Shown: one piece after another, positions 1-10,185 of the stretch | Numbering within the stretch: position 1 is the stretch's first letter | Layout of the letters: the number at the start of each line of letters is the position of its first letter | Assembly: GCA_945860955.1 (NCBI GenBank) | Contig: CAMATH010000002.1 | Span: 23,085 to 87,084 of the forward strand | DNA length: 64,000 nt | Origin: Planctomicrobium piriforme | Lineage (GTDB): Bacteria > Planctomycetota > Planctomycetia > Planctomycetales > Planctomycetaceae | Reading direction: 5' to 3' | Notes under the pieces: model-generated | What the model was told of the DNA's origin: nothing | Database searches by the model: none | Seen by the model: the letters and a program-made list of their open reading frames with translations, nothing else | Position numbers and translations under genes: made by a program

Positions 1-147
1 GATAAGCCCAGGTGGTCGGTTTCGAACCGTGGTCGGCGCGGCGGCAGGTGGCCGCGTACGTCGACGGCGGTTTCGACAGGATCGCCGGGTCGGTCCGGCC
101 GGACGTATACTCCGCACGACGTCAAATCCGACGATTCGCGTCCCCAG

Positions 148-590
148 ACCCCATCCGGCTCGCCCGGATGGTGAATGAGATCGGCAGCTAGAAAAGTGCC
201 CCCCACCCTCGATCAAGACCCCATCCACCTCGTGTGGATTGGTGAATGAGATCCTCGCTCTGTCAGACAAGATCGGCGTCAAACTCAACCTGTCCGGATC
301 GCAAGGCGATTGTTCGCCAATCGTCGCAGGGAACGCGAAACGCGTTCATGCCTCGCAAAAAGCACGACATCGCCAGTGGTACCGATTGACTTGATTACCG
401 ACGTCGTGTGTGGCAGACAGAGCGAAGATCTGATTCACCGATCCACACAAGGTGGATGGGGTCTGGACCGCGCAATGTCGTTTACGGCTAGCCATCGATC
501 TTTCTCCCCATCCGCTCAAGGCGGATGGGGCCGTCGCCAACACAAGCCGCCATCCGGCTTTCGCGAGTCCCCTTCCGGCTCGAGGTTCGC
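148..590. repeat. REP-like palindromic-unit cluster / ~350-bp composite repeat, copy A
   Basis: Contains ~25-nt palindromic units of the form CCCCATCCRC-N5-GYGGATGGGG (e.g. 506-530). Also has ~60-nt imperfect inverted arms (219-280 vs 400-461) around a ~120-nt core. About 330 nt recur at 23045-23400 with high identity by eye. Confidence 0.75.
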
Positions 591-625
591 TGCACAATTG
601 CCGGTGTAAGGCGCGTCCGAGCGAA

Positions 626-1450
626 CTACTCTTCCTGACTCTCGCCCTCCGTCACCGGCGGTTGCTGCGACGGTTCGACCGCCGGCCATTCCGCAGCCGA
701 AGGAATCTCGCTCTCCACGGGATCTGCGAAAAACGGATACAATCTCGAAACGCCGTCGCTACCTTTGCCACGATACTCGACTCCGGCTTCGTCTTCGTCC
801 TCCCCTGGCTGGAACCGCCCGATCAGGATCCGATCATAGAGAATCACACCCCGAGTCGCGATGGCAATCTGCGACGGAGGAGTTTCCACGCCGTTGCGGA
901 CCGCGCGCTGTGCGGCCTCCCAGGCGATTTCGGACAGGCTTTCCTTGGCGTCATCGGTGAACTTCCGCAGGTCGGGAATGTGTACCAGGAAGACACAGGC
1001 CCCGTCAGTCAATTGGCAGTAGGTCAAGAACTGCCCGTCGCTGGTCGAGAATGTGGCCTTCTTCTTTCGCTTCGTGAAATAGAGTTCGCGCATCGTCTGA
1101 ACATTTTGCGAGAACTGTTCGGCCAGTCCTTTGGCTGCCGGGGTATTCCCGAACGCGACCTGACCGCGGTTGACTGAAATCTTGGAATTCGCGTCATGGA
1201 AGTTCGATTCGCCCGGGCTGGCGAGAGGTTCGCCGCGAGCGGCGCGGTCTCGCGCCCGTTGATCCCCCTGAAAAACGTTGTACATGAAAAGCCCGCCGCA
1301 CCCGGCGCAGACCAGTCCGATCATGCCGAAAACCACCAGCAGCGCCTTGACGACGGGCGACATGGACGACCGGCCCGCTTTGATGCGATTCTTTTTTCCC
1401 AGGCTGCCTCGATCAAACTCCAGTGAATCGTCGTCGTGTCGTTTGGCCAT
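626..1450 (-). CDS. hypothetical single-pass membrane protein
   Basis: Long ORF with ordinary composition and a TM segment (ALLVVFGMIGLVCAGCGGLF). The likely start is MAKRHDDD (1450) rather than the ORF-track start 1564. No family recognised. Confidence 0.5.
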   Translation of the reverse strand: MAKRHDDDSLEFDRGSLGKKNRIKAGRSSMSPVVKALLVVFGMIGLVCAGCGGLFMYNVFQGDQRARDRAARGEPLASPGESNFHDANSKISVNRGQVAFGNTPAAKGLAEQFSQNVQTMRELYFTKRKKKATFSTSDGQFLTYCQLTDGACVFLVHIPDLRKFTDDAKESLSEIAWEAAQRAVRNGVETPPSQIAIATRGVILYDRILIGRFQPGEDEDEAGVEYRGKGSDGVSRLYPFFADPVESEIPSAAEWPAVEPSQQPPVTEGESQEE

Positions 1451-1946
1451 GCCGTCGTCCCTTCGCTGGTTCGTGTGCGGAGAGAGGCTGCCACGCGCTC
1501 GCACATGGCTGCCACGCCCCAGTTTGAAATTCGCCGGTAACTTCCACTCCCGGCAATGTAGCATTCAGATCGATGTGTTGTACATCAAAACGACGCAACA
1601 CATGTCAGTTCTGAATTGGGTGACGCGGCCGGCTGATTGATACGTGGCTCAAGAAGGTCTGTGGCTGGAAACTCGGGAGGCCCAGTTGTAATTACTCAGG
1701 AGGACGTTCTCCCACCCGCGATGTCGATTGCACCCCGGAGAAGGGTTTTCGTCATGCGGAAGAACAGCGGTGGCGTCACGGTGAAAGTCTAATGAATCGC
1801 GAGGTGCGTTCAGGCAAGCCGCAAGGCGTCTCGCCAACAACGAATTCCCTGGAAAACTCATGTAGGAAGACTGGGCGATTTGTGGTAGAAGGGGCCGTCC
1901 ATCGGTTCTCGGGATCGTTTTGTGTTTGTTCAGGGAGGAACATTCC

Positions 1947-3218
1947 ATGGCCCAATCAGGTTCTTCGTCGTCGAACTGGATGTGGAAGTTGGCGCTCGTC
2001 GCCGTCGTGGGCGGTGCGGGTTTCGTCGCATCCAATCAACACTGGATTGACATCAGCCAGTGGCCGGTCGTGGGGCGGTTCGCCACGCCGTCGGCTTCCG
2101 GGAAAACAGGCGCGTCGGGACACGGTCCGGCTGTCGATCCGGTTGACGAAATCGAACTCCCCGAAGAAATCGCCGCCGCCCAGTACGAACCGGAACATTC
2201 TCCCGACGACCAGGACGACGAACACCCGCTGGGCATGGATGAAACGTCCACCAGTGGTGTCACCCGGGCGGTTCACGAGGAAGACGCCGATGACTCTCTC
2301 GAGAGCGAATTCGACGAGGAGGCACCTCCCCGGCGGATCTCTGCGGGGGGCCGTTCGGATGCGCCGGCGTCGCGCGGCGACGCGAAGTCTAGGAACCGTC
2401 ACGAATCAGAAGAAGCAGACGACACCGAAAACGCACAACCATTTCGAGCCCGCAAAACGACGCGGGCGGGAACCGGCGCCAGTGCCCACCAGGTGTCAAA
2501 AACCTCGGCCGACGCGGAGGAGGACGATTCCGATTCGCTGCTCGAAATGTCGGAAATCAACGGGTTGATTGAAGCGAACGACTACGTCGCCGCCCAGCGG
2601 GCGTTGTCGAAGTGGTACTTCGCGCGGCCCGAAGAACGTGCTGCGATCCAACCGAAGCTCAATAAACTTTCACAAACACTGTATTTCGCGCCGCAGCCGC
2701 ACGTTTATGATGCGTACGTCGTCCAGGCGGGGGACCAGCTTCGGACGATTGGCAAGAAGTACAACGTGTCGTGGGAATACCTCGCGAAGCTGAATCATGT
2801 CGCCCCGTCAAAGATTCGTCAGGGACAGAAGCTCAAGGTCGTTCCCGGTCCGTTTGGCGTGGTGGTTTCACTCAGTCGATTCGAACTGGTCGTGCATCTC
2901 GACGGCTGCTATGTGAAGCACTACAAGGTCGGCGTTGGCAAAGACGGAACCAGCCCGATTGGAACGTTTGCGGTCAAGAACAAGCAGGTCGACCCGACGT
3001 ATTACGGACCCGATGGCGTGATCAAGAACGACGATCCCGAAAACCCGCTGGGGGAACGCTGGATCGACATTGGCGACAGCTTTGGGATCCATGGAACCAA
3101 CGAACCGGATTCGATTGGCAAAGCCGAGTCTCGGGGCTGCATACGCATGAAGAACAACGATGTCGCCGAGGTCCATGACTTTTTGGTCGTGGGATCGAAG
3201 GTCAAGATCGAACGGTAG
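1947..3218 (+). CDS. LysM domain + L,D-transpeptidase (YkuD) catalytic domain protein
   Basis: LysM-like segment YVVQAGDQLRTIGKKYNVSWEYLAKLNHV..IRQGQKLKV. YkuD motif GIHGT...SRGCIRM near the C-terminus. ATG at 1947 is preceded by GGGAGGA. Confidence 0.85.
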   Translation: MAQSGSSSSNWMWKLALVAVVGGAGFVASNQHWIDISQWPVVGRFATPSASGKTGASGHGPAVDPVDEIELPEEIAAAQYEPEHSPDDQDDEHPLGMDETSTSGVTRAVHEEDADDSLESEFDEEAPPRRISAGGRSDAPASRGDAKSRNRHESEEADDTENAQPFRARKTTRAGTGASAHQVSKTSADAEEDDSDSLLEMSEINGLIEANDYVAAQRALSKWYFARPEERAAIQPKLNKLSQTLYFAPQPHVYDAYVVQAGDQLRTIGKKYNVSWEYLAKLNHVAPSKIRQGQKLKVVPGPFGVVVSLSRFELVVHLDGCYVKHYKVGVGKDGTSPIGTFAVKNKQVDPTYYGPDGVIKNDDPENPLGERWIDIGDSFGIHGTNEPDSIGKAESRGCIRMKNNDVAEVHDFLVVGSKVKIER

Positions 3219-3224
3219 TCGCGG

Positions 3225-4208
3225 TCAGCGACTCTGAAACACATGGTCGACGGCAGCCTTGAGGTCGAGTCGACGGAAAGTGCGTCCCGAGGCGGGGTCT
3301 TCGACCGGTTTGCCGGTTTTCTGGAAGATCGCCAGCATCGCCTCGGGGAGATTGGGCCCGTCGGGTTTCCAGTCGTAATTCGCCAGATCAATCGCTTCGC
3401 GCAAGATCATCGCGGCACCACATAATATGGCGTTGGACGACGACGTCGCGGCGGCGGGGACGACGAGATCGACTTTGGAGTGGCGGTCAAGATAGACGAC
3501 GTCCTCCCCGGGCTTCACCGCCCCGATGGCGAAGCAATTGGGCTGGCACGCCGGCCAGGAGATTCCTTTCGAGAAATCGTGATTTCCCGTCGGAGCGCTG
3601 ACCCAAATCCCGAGTTTGCGGAGTTTGGCGAGTGGTTGATCAATCTCAGTCGGGACCGGTTCGCCATGTTCGAGATCATCGACCGGGGCGAGATTGACCG
3701 TGGTGATCTTGTACTTCTCGTGATTTTTCACGATCCAATCCAGGCCGGCGGCCAGAGTCTGGCTGTCGCGCACGTTGCAGTGGCAGCATTCCAGCGCGCG
3801 AATGACTGCAACCTGGTTGTTGTAGGCGACACCCCGGCGTCCGTTGTGGTTGAGCGATGAGGGAATCCCAATCGTCGAGCCGTGATAGCCCTTCCCTTCG
3901 TGTTTCGGATTGTCGTCGCCGTCCACACTGTCATACGAGACAAGAACTTTGGGGCGACTTTTGGGTGCCGGCTCCGACCATTCAGGCATTGTCAGATCGC
4001 AGCCATCGTCGACGAGGGCCAGTGTTTGTCCCTTTCCAAACGACAGTCTGCCAACGTTCGCGCTCCAGACTGCGGTAATCCCCGCGTGCTTAAACGAAAT
4101 CGGTTCGACCGGCTCGCCGGCGATTCCCGTCGTTGGGTTATCGAGTCCCCCCAAGGCACACACGAATCCCAGGGCGATGATTGTCGAACCAATGCGTGGG
4201 TGTGTCAT
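3225..4208 (-). CDS. subtilisin-like (S8) serine peptidase-like protein, secreted
   Basis: Asp-like motif LALVDDGCD, His-like motif GYHGSTIG and Ser-region ATSSSNAILCGAAM occur in the S8 order. A signal-like N-terminus starts at MTHPRIGSTIIALGFVCALGG. Confidence 0.55.
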   Translation of the reverse strand: MTHPRIGSTIIALGFVCALGGLDNPTTGIAGEPVEPISFKHAGITAVWSANVGRLSFGKGQTLALVDDGCDLTMPEWSEPAPKSRPKVLVSYDSVDGDDNPKHEGKGYHGSTIGIPSSLNHNGRRGVAYNNQVAVIRALECCHCNVRDSQTLAAGLDWIVKNHEKYKITTVNLAPVDDLEHGEPVPTEIDQPLAKLRKLGIWVSAPTGNHDFSKGISWPACQPNCFAIGAVKPGEDVVYLDRHSKVDLVVPAAATSSSNAILCGAAMILREAIDLANYDWKPDGPNLPEAMLAIFQKTGKPVEDPASGRTFRRLDLKAAVDHVFQSR

Positions 4209-4455
4209 GAGCGATTCATTCCATGCGGTGCGGGATGTCCGCCGATATTGTAGGCGGTCGGCGGGCAACAACCGCTACAGCATGCCAACCAGGATGGGAA
4301 ACTGTCGAGTCTGGCGCGATCGTATCGAGCCGGCGAAACCAATTTCGAAGCCACAGATTCCGGCGGGATGATGAGCGATTGACAAACCAGATCTGGTTTT
4401 ACAGAATACCAGAATTCGGTTCTTTCGTTTTGGGTTCCATTTCAGGAGCGCGACA

Positions 4456-5058
4456 ATGTCGGGAGGCAAGATGAGCAGTCGATTGGCGATGGTGGCGCGC
4501 GTGACGGGCCTGCGGGCTGTTGCGCTGGGAGTGGTGAGTCTGGCAGCGTTGTGGGGGATGAGTGCCGCGAACGCCGGTACGGTCAATTTCTCGGTGGATA
4601 CAACCGTTCTACTTGCAGACCCAGGCAATGTGTTTGGATTGCTTGGTGGCGAGACGATTACACTATCGGGTTCTTACGACGACAGCGTCTACGACGGAGT
4701 GGGGGCGGGAACTGTCTATTTTGACAGCGGTTCGGGAAATCATCTGAGTTTGGTGCTGGGAAGCGTGACTTTGGACGAAACCAACGACGATGGCTATCTG
4801 GGAGGAGGATTCCCCAACGTGTCATTCATCGACGGAAATTTCGCCGGTGCCGAATTTTTGGGATCGATTGTCAATGGCCAACCCATCGATTTCAACCTCA
4901 ACATGGGCACGATGGACGCGACAGATTCGGGAATGGGACGGATTCAAGCCGAGTTCAGTTTCGTGTCAGGTTCGAGTCCTGAACCTTCCACAATCGTCAT
5001 GGCAGTCGTAGGCGCGGCGGGTTTGATCCTCGTGCGACACCGCCGCTCGCGACGCTAG
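4456..5058 (+). CDS. PEP-CTERM sorting-domain secreted protein
   Basis: N-terminal signal peptide. C-terminus is SPEPSTIVMAVVGAAGLILVRHRRSRR (PEP motif, TM segment, basic tail). Confidence 0.7.
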   Translation: MSGGKMSSRLAMVARVTGLRAVALGVVSLAALWGMSAANAGTVNFSVDTTVLLADPGNVFGLLGGETITLSGSYDDSVYDGVGAGTVYFDSGSGNHLSLVLGSVTLDETNDDGYLGGGFPNVSFIDGNFAGAEFLGSIVNGQPIDFNLNMGTMDATDSGMGRIQAEFSFVSGSSPEPSTIVMAVVGAAGLILVRHRRSRR

Positions 5059-5100
5059 TTCGCACGCCCCTGAGCCATTCCTTTGGCTTGACACAACGAT

Positions 5101-5146
5101 CAGCCCATCTCCGGTTATCAGCCGGGGTGGGCTGATTTCGTTCTGT
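5101..5146 (+). terminator. hairpin + T-rich tail between convergent genes
   Basis: cagcccatctccgg / ccggggtgggctg forms an imperfect stem and is followed by atttcgttctgt. It lies directly after the 4456-5058 gene. Confidence 0.5.
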
Positions 5147-5168
5147 GCCAACTCGATCGCAATGGCAG

Positions 5169-6167
5169 CTATTTTGTTCCCGCCAGTTGATGCAGCGTCG
5201 ACTGCGCCGCGACGCGAATTCCCGGCTCGCGAAATGAATCGGAGATCGGCTTCACGACGGACTGCAACTCGGTCTTTTCCGAATCGATCAAGAGTGGAAT
5301 CAGTTGATTGAGCGCCAACAACGAGTTCTTGACCGCCAGGAATTGTGACAATTCGTCGGAATAGCGACTCGCGAACGGCTTGTCTGCGGTCGCGAGGACA
5401 TCTTGCAGTACCGCCAGACCGGAGCGGTCATTGTGGCGGGCCAGCGCGACTGCCGCGTTGACCCGAACATCCAGCGACTCGTCCCCCAACATCACCTTCA
5501 AACGGTTCCTCGCGTCGGCATCGTCAATCAGGCCGAGCGTGTAGGCGGCCGTCAGTCGCATCAGAGCGTCGGCATCCTGCGAGACCCCGACCACCTCCGC
5601 TGTGATCTTCGCGGTGGGAATTGGCTGCTTCCTACGGTTCAGCCGATCGACCATGATGGCGATTGATAACAGGGCGTTTTTTCGCACCTCACGATCGAGT
5701 CCGGGACGCATCGCCTGGCTCAGGATCGGCAGAACCGCATCGGGGGAATCAAGCAGGCCGAATGTCTGCGCGAGAAATGACTGGAATTGCAAATCTTCGG
5801 GACGCTGTCCATTCTTTTCCAGCTCGGACTCCAAGAGATTCGTCATCACCGAAACAAACTCGGGATCGTCGGACAAGTGCTGTCCTTTGTCCCCCAGTTC
5901 CTGATCGGCTTTCAAAATCTGGGCCAGCCCCATCGCACCGCGCCACCGGCGGTGTTCATTGGGATGCTGCAATTCCACGACCAGCCGACGCCAGTCCTGC
6001 TCGGCGGTCGCGACCCGCCCGAACAGCAGCCAGATCCCCACGATGGCGGCAACGATCAGCCCGGGGACGACGAACAACTGCACGATAAACCCCACGGAGG
6101 GGGGGCGAACCGGCGGGAGGTCTTCTGGGAACGGAATTTCTGCGGAGTGCGTGGGTTCAGAGGTCAT
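5169..6167 (-). CDS. HEAT-repeat membrane-anchored protein
   Basis: N-terminal TM (FIVQLFVVPGLIVAAIVGIWLLF) followed by repeated helical units (..VRVNAAVALARHND.., ..LMRLTAAYTLGLIDD..) typical of HEAT/PBS-lyase-like repeats. Confidence 0.6.
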   Translation of the reverse strand: MTSEPTHSAEIPFPEDLPPVRPPSVGFIVQLFVVPGLIVAAIVGIWLLFGRVATAEQDWRRLVVELQHPNEHRRWRGAMGLAQILKADQELGDKGQHLSDDPEFVSVMTNLLESELEKNGQRPEDLQFQSFLAQTFGLLDSPDAVLPILSQAMRPGLDREVRKNALLSIAIMVDRLNRRKQPIPTAKITAEVVGVSQDADALMRLTAAYTLGLIDDADARNRLKVMLGDESLDVRVNAAVALARHNDRSGLAVLQDVLATADKPFASRYSDELSQFLAVKNSLLALNQLIPLLIDSEKTELQSVVKPISDSFREPGIRVAAQSTLHQLAGTK

Positions 6168-6178
6168 AGAATGTCAGT

Positions 6179-6823
6179 CTAGACCTGTTCCCGCTCCGGA
6201 TTCAAGGCTGTCGGCGGCGGATGGCCGGTCCGCAACCGGTCGTAGTCGGCGGGAGTGTCGAGATCGACAAGAATGCCGGGATCGGTGACCGGTAACACAA
6301 CCACGTCGTCGGCATGGCCGCGAACCAAGGCATTGAGGCCTTGATCCGCAGGAAGTCGGGCCACCTCGTCCGCCAAATCCCAACGGAAAAACACCGGATG
6401 TCCCCGCTTTCCCTCGAATTCCGGGACGAGAATCCCGCAATCCCCCTGGTTCCAGCGTACTACGAGACGGCGAAACAGGTCCGGGACCAGCAGCGGATGG
6501 TCTGCGGGGGAGAGAATCCACCCGTCGTTGGGGGCGGGGTGGAATTCACGGTCCATCCAATCGAGAGCGAGTTGAACGCTGTCGCGCATTTCGGGGGGAT
6601 CAGCCTCCGGTTGAAGGGCGATGCCACCTGCCCGACGGACCGTGCTGGCGAGAGCGGTGTCGGTTGGTCGCACGACGACAACACGGGCGGCAACCGCCGG
6701 GTGATCGAAACAGCGCAGTACCTGCTCGACCACCGTATGTTCTCCCCAGGGGAGCAGCAGCTTCGGGCAACCCATCCGTCGACTGTGGCCGGCGGCGGGT
6801 ATGACCACGAACAGTCGGCTCAT
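6179..6823 (-). CDS. MobA/MocA-like nucleotidyltransferase (molybdenum cofactor cytidylyl/guanylyl-transferase family)
   Basis: N-terminal VVIPAAGHSRRMG.PKLLLPWG motif and GHPV motif typical of the family. Overlaps the upstream CDGSH gene by 4 nt. Confidence 0.75.
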   Translation of the reverse strand: MSRLFVVIPAAGHSRRMGCPKLLLPWGEHTVVEQVLRCFDHPAVAARVVVVRPTDTALASTVRRAGGIALQPEADPPEMRDSVQLALDWMDREFHPAPNDGWILSPADHPLLVPDLFRRLVVRWNQGDCGILVPEFEGKRGHPVFFRWDLADEVARLPADQGLNALVRGHADDVVVLPVTDPGILVDLDTPADYDRLRTGHPPPTALNPEREQV

Positions 6824-7038
6824 GTTGTGGGAACCGGGGCGGTTTCGTTACCGACGAAGCCGCTGTTCTTGTGCGCGCCGTCGCAAAACGGCTTGCGACT
6901 CGAGTGGCCGCACCGGCACAGCGCCACGTTCTCCTTTCCCGTGAGATCGTATTTGTTTCCCAGGTGGTCGGTCAGCGTGATGGGACCGGTGACCAGAATG
7001 GAACCGTTTTCGCGAACTTTGATGGTGACGTCAGACAT
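6820..7038 (-). CDS. CDGSH iron-sulfur domain protein
   Basis: Contains the signature CRCGHSSRKPFCDGAH. The likely start is MSDVTIKV (7038). Confidence 0.8.
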   Translation of the reverse strand: MSDVTIKVRENGSILVTGPITLTDHLGNKYDLTGKENVALCRCGHSSRKPFCDGAHKNSGFVGNETAPVPTT

Positions 7039-7157
7039 GAGGGCGGCCTTGCGGAACAAATCGAGCGAATGGGGGAAACAAGAATCGCAACGTTAACAAC
7101 TCTTGCGATGGGCCGTAATCTACCAGAGTTTCGATCTGGGCGTGGCTGTGGTTTCGA

Positions 7158-8558
7158 TCACTCGACTTCAAGTCCAAGGATCGAAACATCGTCGTGGGGG
7201 CCGTTGGGGAGGCTCCAGGCACAGGTCGCTTCGAACAGGGCGTTGACCCCATCTGCGATCGGGGAGCTGGCATGGGTTTCGACGTTTGCCAGCAGTCGAT
7301 CTCCGCCGTACAGCTCCTGGCTGGGACTGAGTGCCTCGTTCACACCATCGGAGTACAGGAACAACCGATCCCCAGGGGCGAGTTCCAAACGGTGTTCTTC
7401 GTATTCGACATCATCCATCCAGCCGACGGGGAAACCGTCTCCTTCCAGAAACGCTGGCTTCCCGCCGCGCGGCACGTGGACGCCCGGTGGATGCCCCGCT
7501 GACACATGCCGGAATTCGCGGGTCTTGGTATTGAGGACACCATACGCGATCGTGAAGTACAGGCCGGCCTGGCTTTCCATGGGAAAGCGGCGGTTGAGTT
7601 CCGCGACGACGGCGGCGGGCGGGGTGACGGCGGATCGGCCGGTGAGCGGGTCGTTCCGGACCAAAAGGGAAGTCGCCGACGCCTGCCCCGTCAGCAATCG
7701 CCCGACCGCGACCGCCAGCAGCGATGATGCCGCCCCGTGGCCGCTCACGTCGACAACAAACATCGCGACGTGCGAATCGTCGAGCGCGATCAGATTCAGA
7801 AAGTCCCCCGCAAGTTCCTCACACGGGGTGAACTGCCACGCGACGCCAATCCGTGGAATCTCCAGTTTGCCATCGGGTAACAGAGATCGCTGCACCCGGG
7901 CGGCGGCCTGCAGGTCGCGACTCATCCGCTCATTGGCGGTCGCGAGCTGGCCGTTCAGCGATTCCAACTGAGCGTTCCACTGCGTCAGTTTCTCCTTGGC
8001 GAGCGTCAGTTGCTCGTTCAGGCGATGCAACTCGCGGTTCTTTTCAACAGCGTTCGCGAATGTCGAAATCAACAGGTTCAAAACCTGCTGCTTACCCGAC
8101 TTCACATGGTAGGTCTTCCCGCCCAGCGTGACCGCCAGCTCGGCACCGTCGTCATGTTCCGAAGTCAGGGGCGTGCTGCGAAGCGCGTCGACGCGGGTCA
8201 AAAGGTAGTTCGTGTCGTACGGCTTCGTGACGTAGTTATCCGCCCCGGCGTCGAGACCACGGATGATGTCCTCTGCCTCAGACAGGGTCGAAAGCAGAAT
8301 CACGGGGACGTTGCGCAGGTTGGGATCCTGCTTGACAGCACGACAGAATTCGTAGCCGGTCACGCGGGGCATCTCGATATCCGAGATGATGACGTCCGGC
8401 TTGCGCTGTCGCGCCAGTTCCAGCGCCTGCCCGCCATCCCCGGCCACGACGACTTCGTAACCCGCCTGCGTCAGTCGGTTCTCCAGAATCTTGGCCTGAA
8501 TCCGACTGTCTTCGGCGATCAGAGCCAGCGGTCGCGCGGTCGTAGCGGGGGAAGTCAT
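7158..8558 (-). CDS. response-regulator receiver + PP2C/SpoIIE (RsbU-like) serine phosphatase
   Basis: REC domain (ALIAEDS...PDVIISDIEMP..). A coiled linker follows. C-terminal PP2C-like motifs are AGDF, FVVDVSGHG, LFLYSDGV and DDVSIL. Confidence 0.85.
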   Translation of the reverse strand: MTSPATTARPLALIAEDSRIQAKILENRLTQAGYEVVVAGDGGQALELARQRKPDVIISDIEMPRVTGYEFCRAVKQDPNLRNVPVILLSTLSEAEDIIRGLDAGADNYVTKPYDTNYLLTRVDALRSTPLTSEHDDGAELAVTLGGKTYHVKSGKQQVLNLLISTFANAVEKNRELHRLNEQLTLAKEKLTQWNAQLESLNGQLATANERMSRDLQAAARVQRSLLPDGKLEIPRIGVAWQFTPCEELAGDFLNLIALDDSHVAMFVVDVSGHGAASSLLAVAVGRLLTGQASATSLLVRNDPLTGRSAVTPPAAVVAELNRRFPMESQAGLYFTIAYGVLNTKTREFRHVSAGHPPGVHVPRGGKPAFLEGDGFPVGWMDDVEYEEHRLELAPGDRLFLYSDGVNEALSPSQELYGGDRLLANVETHASSPIADGVNALFEATCAWSLPNGPHDDVSILGLEVE

Positions 8559-8671
8559 GGCAGGTTCCGTCAGAGTGATTTCGACAGCGGCGGGAATGCG
8601 TGATGGTTCGGTTCAATCGGCGAACTTCATAACGGTCAGCTTCTGAGGTATGAGGTTCGCGAATCCTCCCC

Positions 8672-9775
8672 TCAATCTCGACTCCGGCGGATGCGGTGGG
8701 TCACAGAGACGGCGAGGCGGTCGAGCGGGACGACGGTGTTCGCGAGCTTTTCGTCGATCACCGCTTTCGGCATGCCGTAGACGGTGCAACCCTCGGCATG
8801 TTGCGCGATCACAAACCCGCCACGCTGCCGAATCTCGCGACACCCCGCGAAACCGTCACGCCCCATTCCGGTCATCACCACCGCGAGAACCTGTCCCTGG
8901 TACGCCTCGGCGACAGAACGAAACAGATAGTCGGCGGCGGGTCGGCAGCTCTGTTCGGGAGGATCATCGGTGATGCGCAACCGAACTTTCCCCGCGCGAC
9001 GTTCGACTTTCATATGCCGGCCGCCGGGGGCGATGTAGACGAAACCCGCCTCCGCCGCCATTCCATCGACCCCTTCCACAACTTCCGTCGGACTCACCTG
9101 ATTGAGGCGCTCGGCGAGAGAATGCGTGTATTGCGCGGGCATGTGCTGCACAATGAAGACCGGGACCGGCAGATCGCCGGGCAGATTGGGAATCACTTCC
9201 CGCAGCGCGACAGGCCCACCTGTCGAGGTGGCGATGACCAGCGCTTCGCAACGGAAACCGGTCGGAGCGGCGACGCTCGCATCGCCATCGTCCGCGGCGC
9301 GGCTGGAAGCCGGTTCGAAAGGACGCGCGGGCACTGGCGCTCCCCGTCGGCGGGTGCGACTGCTGGGACTGGCGCGAAACGCTTCGACCTTTTCTGTCAG
9401 AGCGGCCAACAGCGATTCCCGATTCGAAGCGACGTCGTTGCCGCTCGGTTTCTGGATGAAATCAAACGCCCCTTCGAGCAGCGCGTCGGTGGTCACCTGA
9501 GCCCCGTCGGCGGTCAGACTGCTGAGCATCAACGCCCGGGTGCGTAATTTGCGACGTTTCAACTCGCGCAGCACGGCGATCCCGTCGATATCGGGCATAT
9601 GCACGTCGAGCGTGAGCAACTCGGGATCAAGCTGCTCGACCATGTCGAGCGCCTCCTGGCCCCCCTTGGCCGCGCCGATCACTTCGACCCCCGGAACTTC
9701 GCGCAGCACATTCCGCACCAGTTGCCGATAGAGGGCCGAGTCGTCAACGACCAGAATTCGAATCGAGTCTTCCAT
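8672..9775 (-). CDS. cheB: chemotaxis response regulator protein-glutamate methylesterase
   Basis: REC domain (ILVVDDS..) plus a CheB methylesterase domain (IATSTGGP, MPAQYT, GMGRDG). Confidence 0.9.
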   Translation of the reverse strand: MEDSIRILVVDDSALYRQLVRNVLREVPGVEVIGAAKGGQEALDMVEQLDPELLTLDVHMPDIDGIAVLRELKRRKLRTRALMLSSLTADGAQVTTDALLEGAFDFIQKPSGNDVASNRESLLAALTEKVEAFRASPSSRTRRRGAPVPARPFEPASSRAADDGDASVAAPTGFRCEALVIATSTGGPVALREVIPNLPGDLPVPVFIVQHMPAQYTHSLAERLNQVSPTEVVEGVDGMAAEAGFVYIAPGGRHMKVERRAGKVRLRITDDPPEQSCRPAADYLFRSVAEAYQGQVLAVVMTGMGRDGFAGCREIRQRGGFVIAQHAEGCTVYGMPKAVIDEKLANTVVPLDRLAVSVTHRIRRSRD

Positions 9776-9783
9776 GAATCGGA

Positions 9784-10182
9784 TCAGCCCGCCTCACTGG
9801 CTGATGACGGAAAACTGGCGTCGCGGTTGAGTTTGTCGAGAACACCGCACAGACTGGCTTTGTCGAATGGTTTGACGATGAAGTCGATCGCTCCCAGGCG
9901 GATGCACTCGGTCAGCTTTTCCTTTTGATCGACGGCGCTGACCATCACGACGCGGGCCTTGGAATCGAGCTTGCGGATTTCGCGCAGGGCCGACACACCA
10001 TCCAGCGTCGGCATTACGATATCCAGCGTCACCAGATCGGGGCGCAGTTCCTGGAATTTGGCGATCGCCTCCTGGCCGTTGGTCGCTTCTCCCGCGATCT
10101 CCCAGCCGGCGGCCCGGGCGATGTCGCGAATACGCATCCGCATGATGACGGCATCGTCGACGATCAATAATCGTTTGCTCAT
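9784..10182 (-). CDS. cheY: CheY-like single-domain response regulator
   Basis: 132-aa REC domain (LIVDDAVIMR..LVTLDIVMP..VSA..K) inside the che operon. Confidence 0.85.
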   Translation of the reverse strand: MSKRLLIVDDAVIMRMRIRDIARAAGWEIAGEATNGQEAIAKFQELRPDLVTLDIVMPTLDGVSALREIRKLDSKARVVMVSAVDQKEKLTECIRLGAIDFIVKPFDKASLCGVLDKLNRDASFPSSASEAG

Positions 10183-10185
10183 GGT

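Noticed and set aside
1-130. Possible start of a minus-strand gene running off the left edge
   Set aside because: One minus-strand frame reads plausibly (..VYVRPDRPGDPVETAVDVRGH..), but fewer than 45 codons are visible and no family is recognisable. There is too little evidence to call a feature.
310-1177. ORFs 310-609, 346-597 and 452-1177, and their counterparts 23204-23668, 23221-23778 and 22973-23287
   Set aside because: They lie inside palindromic repeat clusters and give mirror-image peptides on both strands (e.g. ..DLIHRSTQGGWGLDRAM.. recurs), so they are repeat-derived artefacts.
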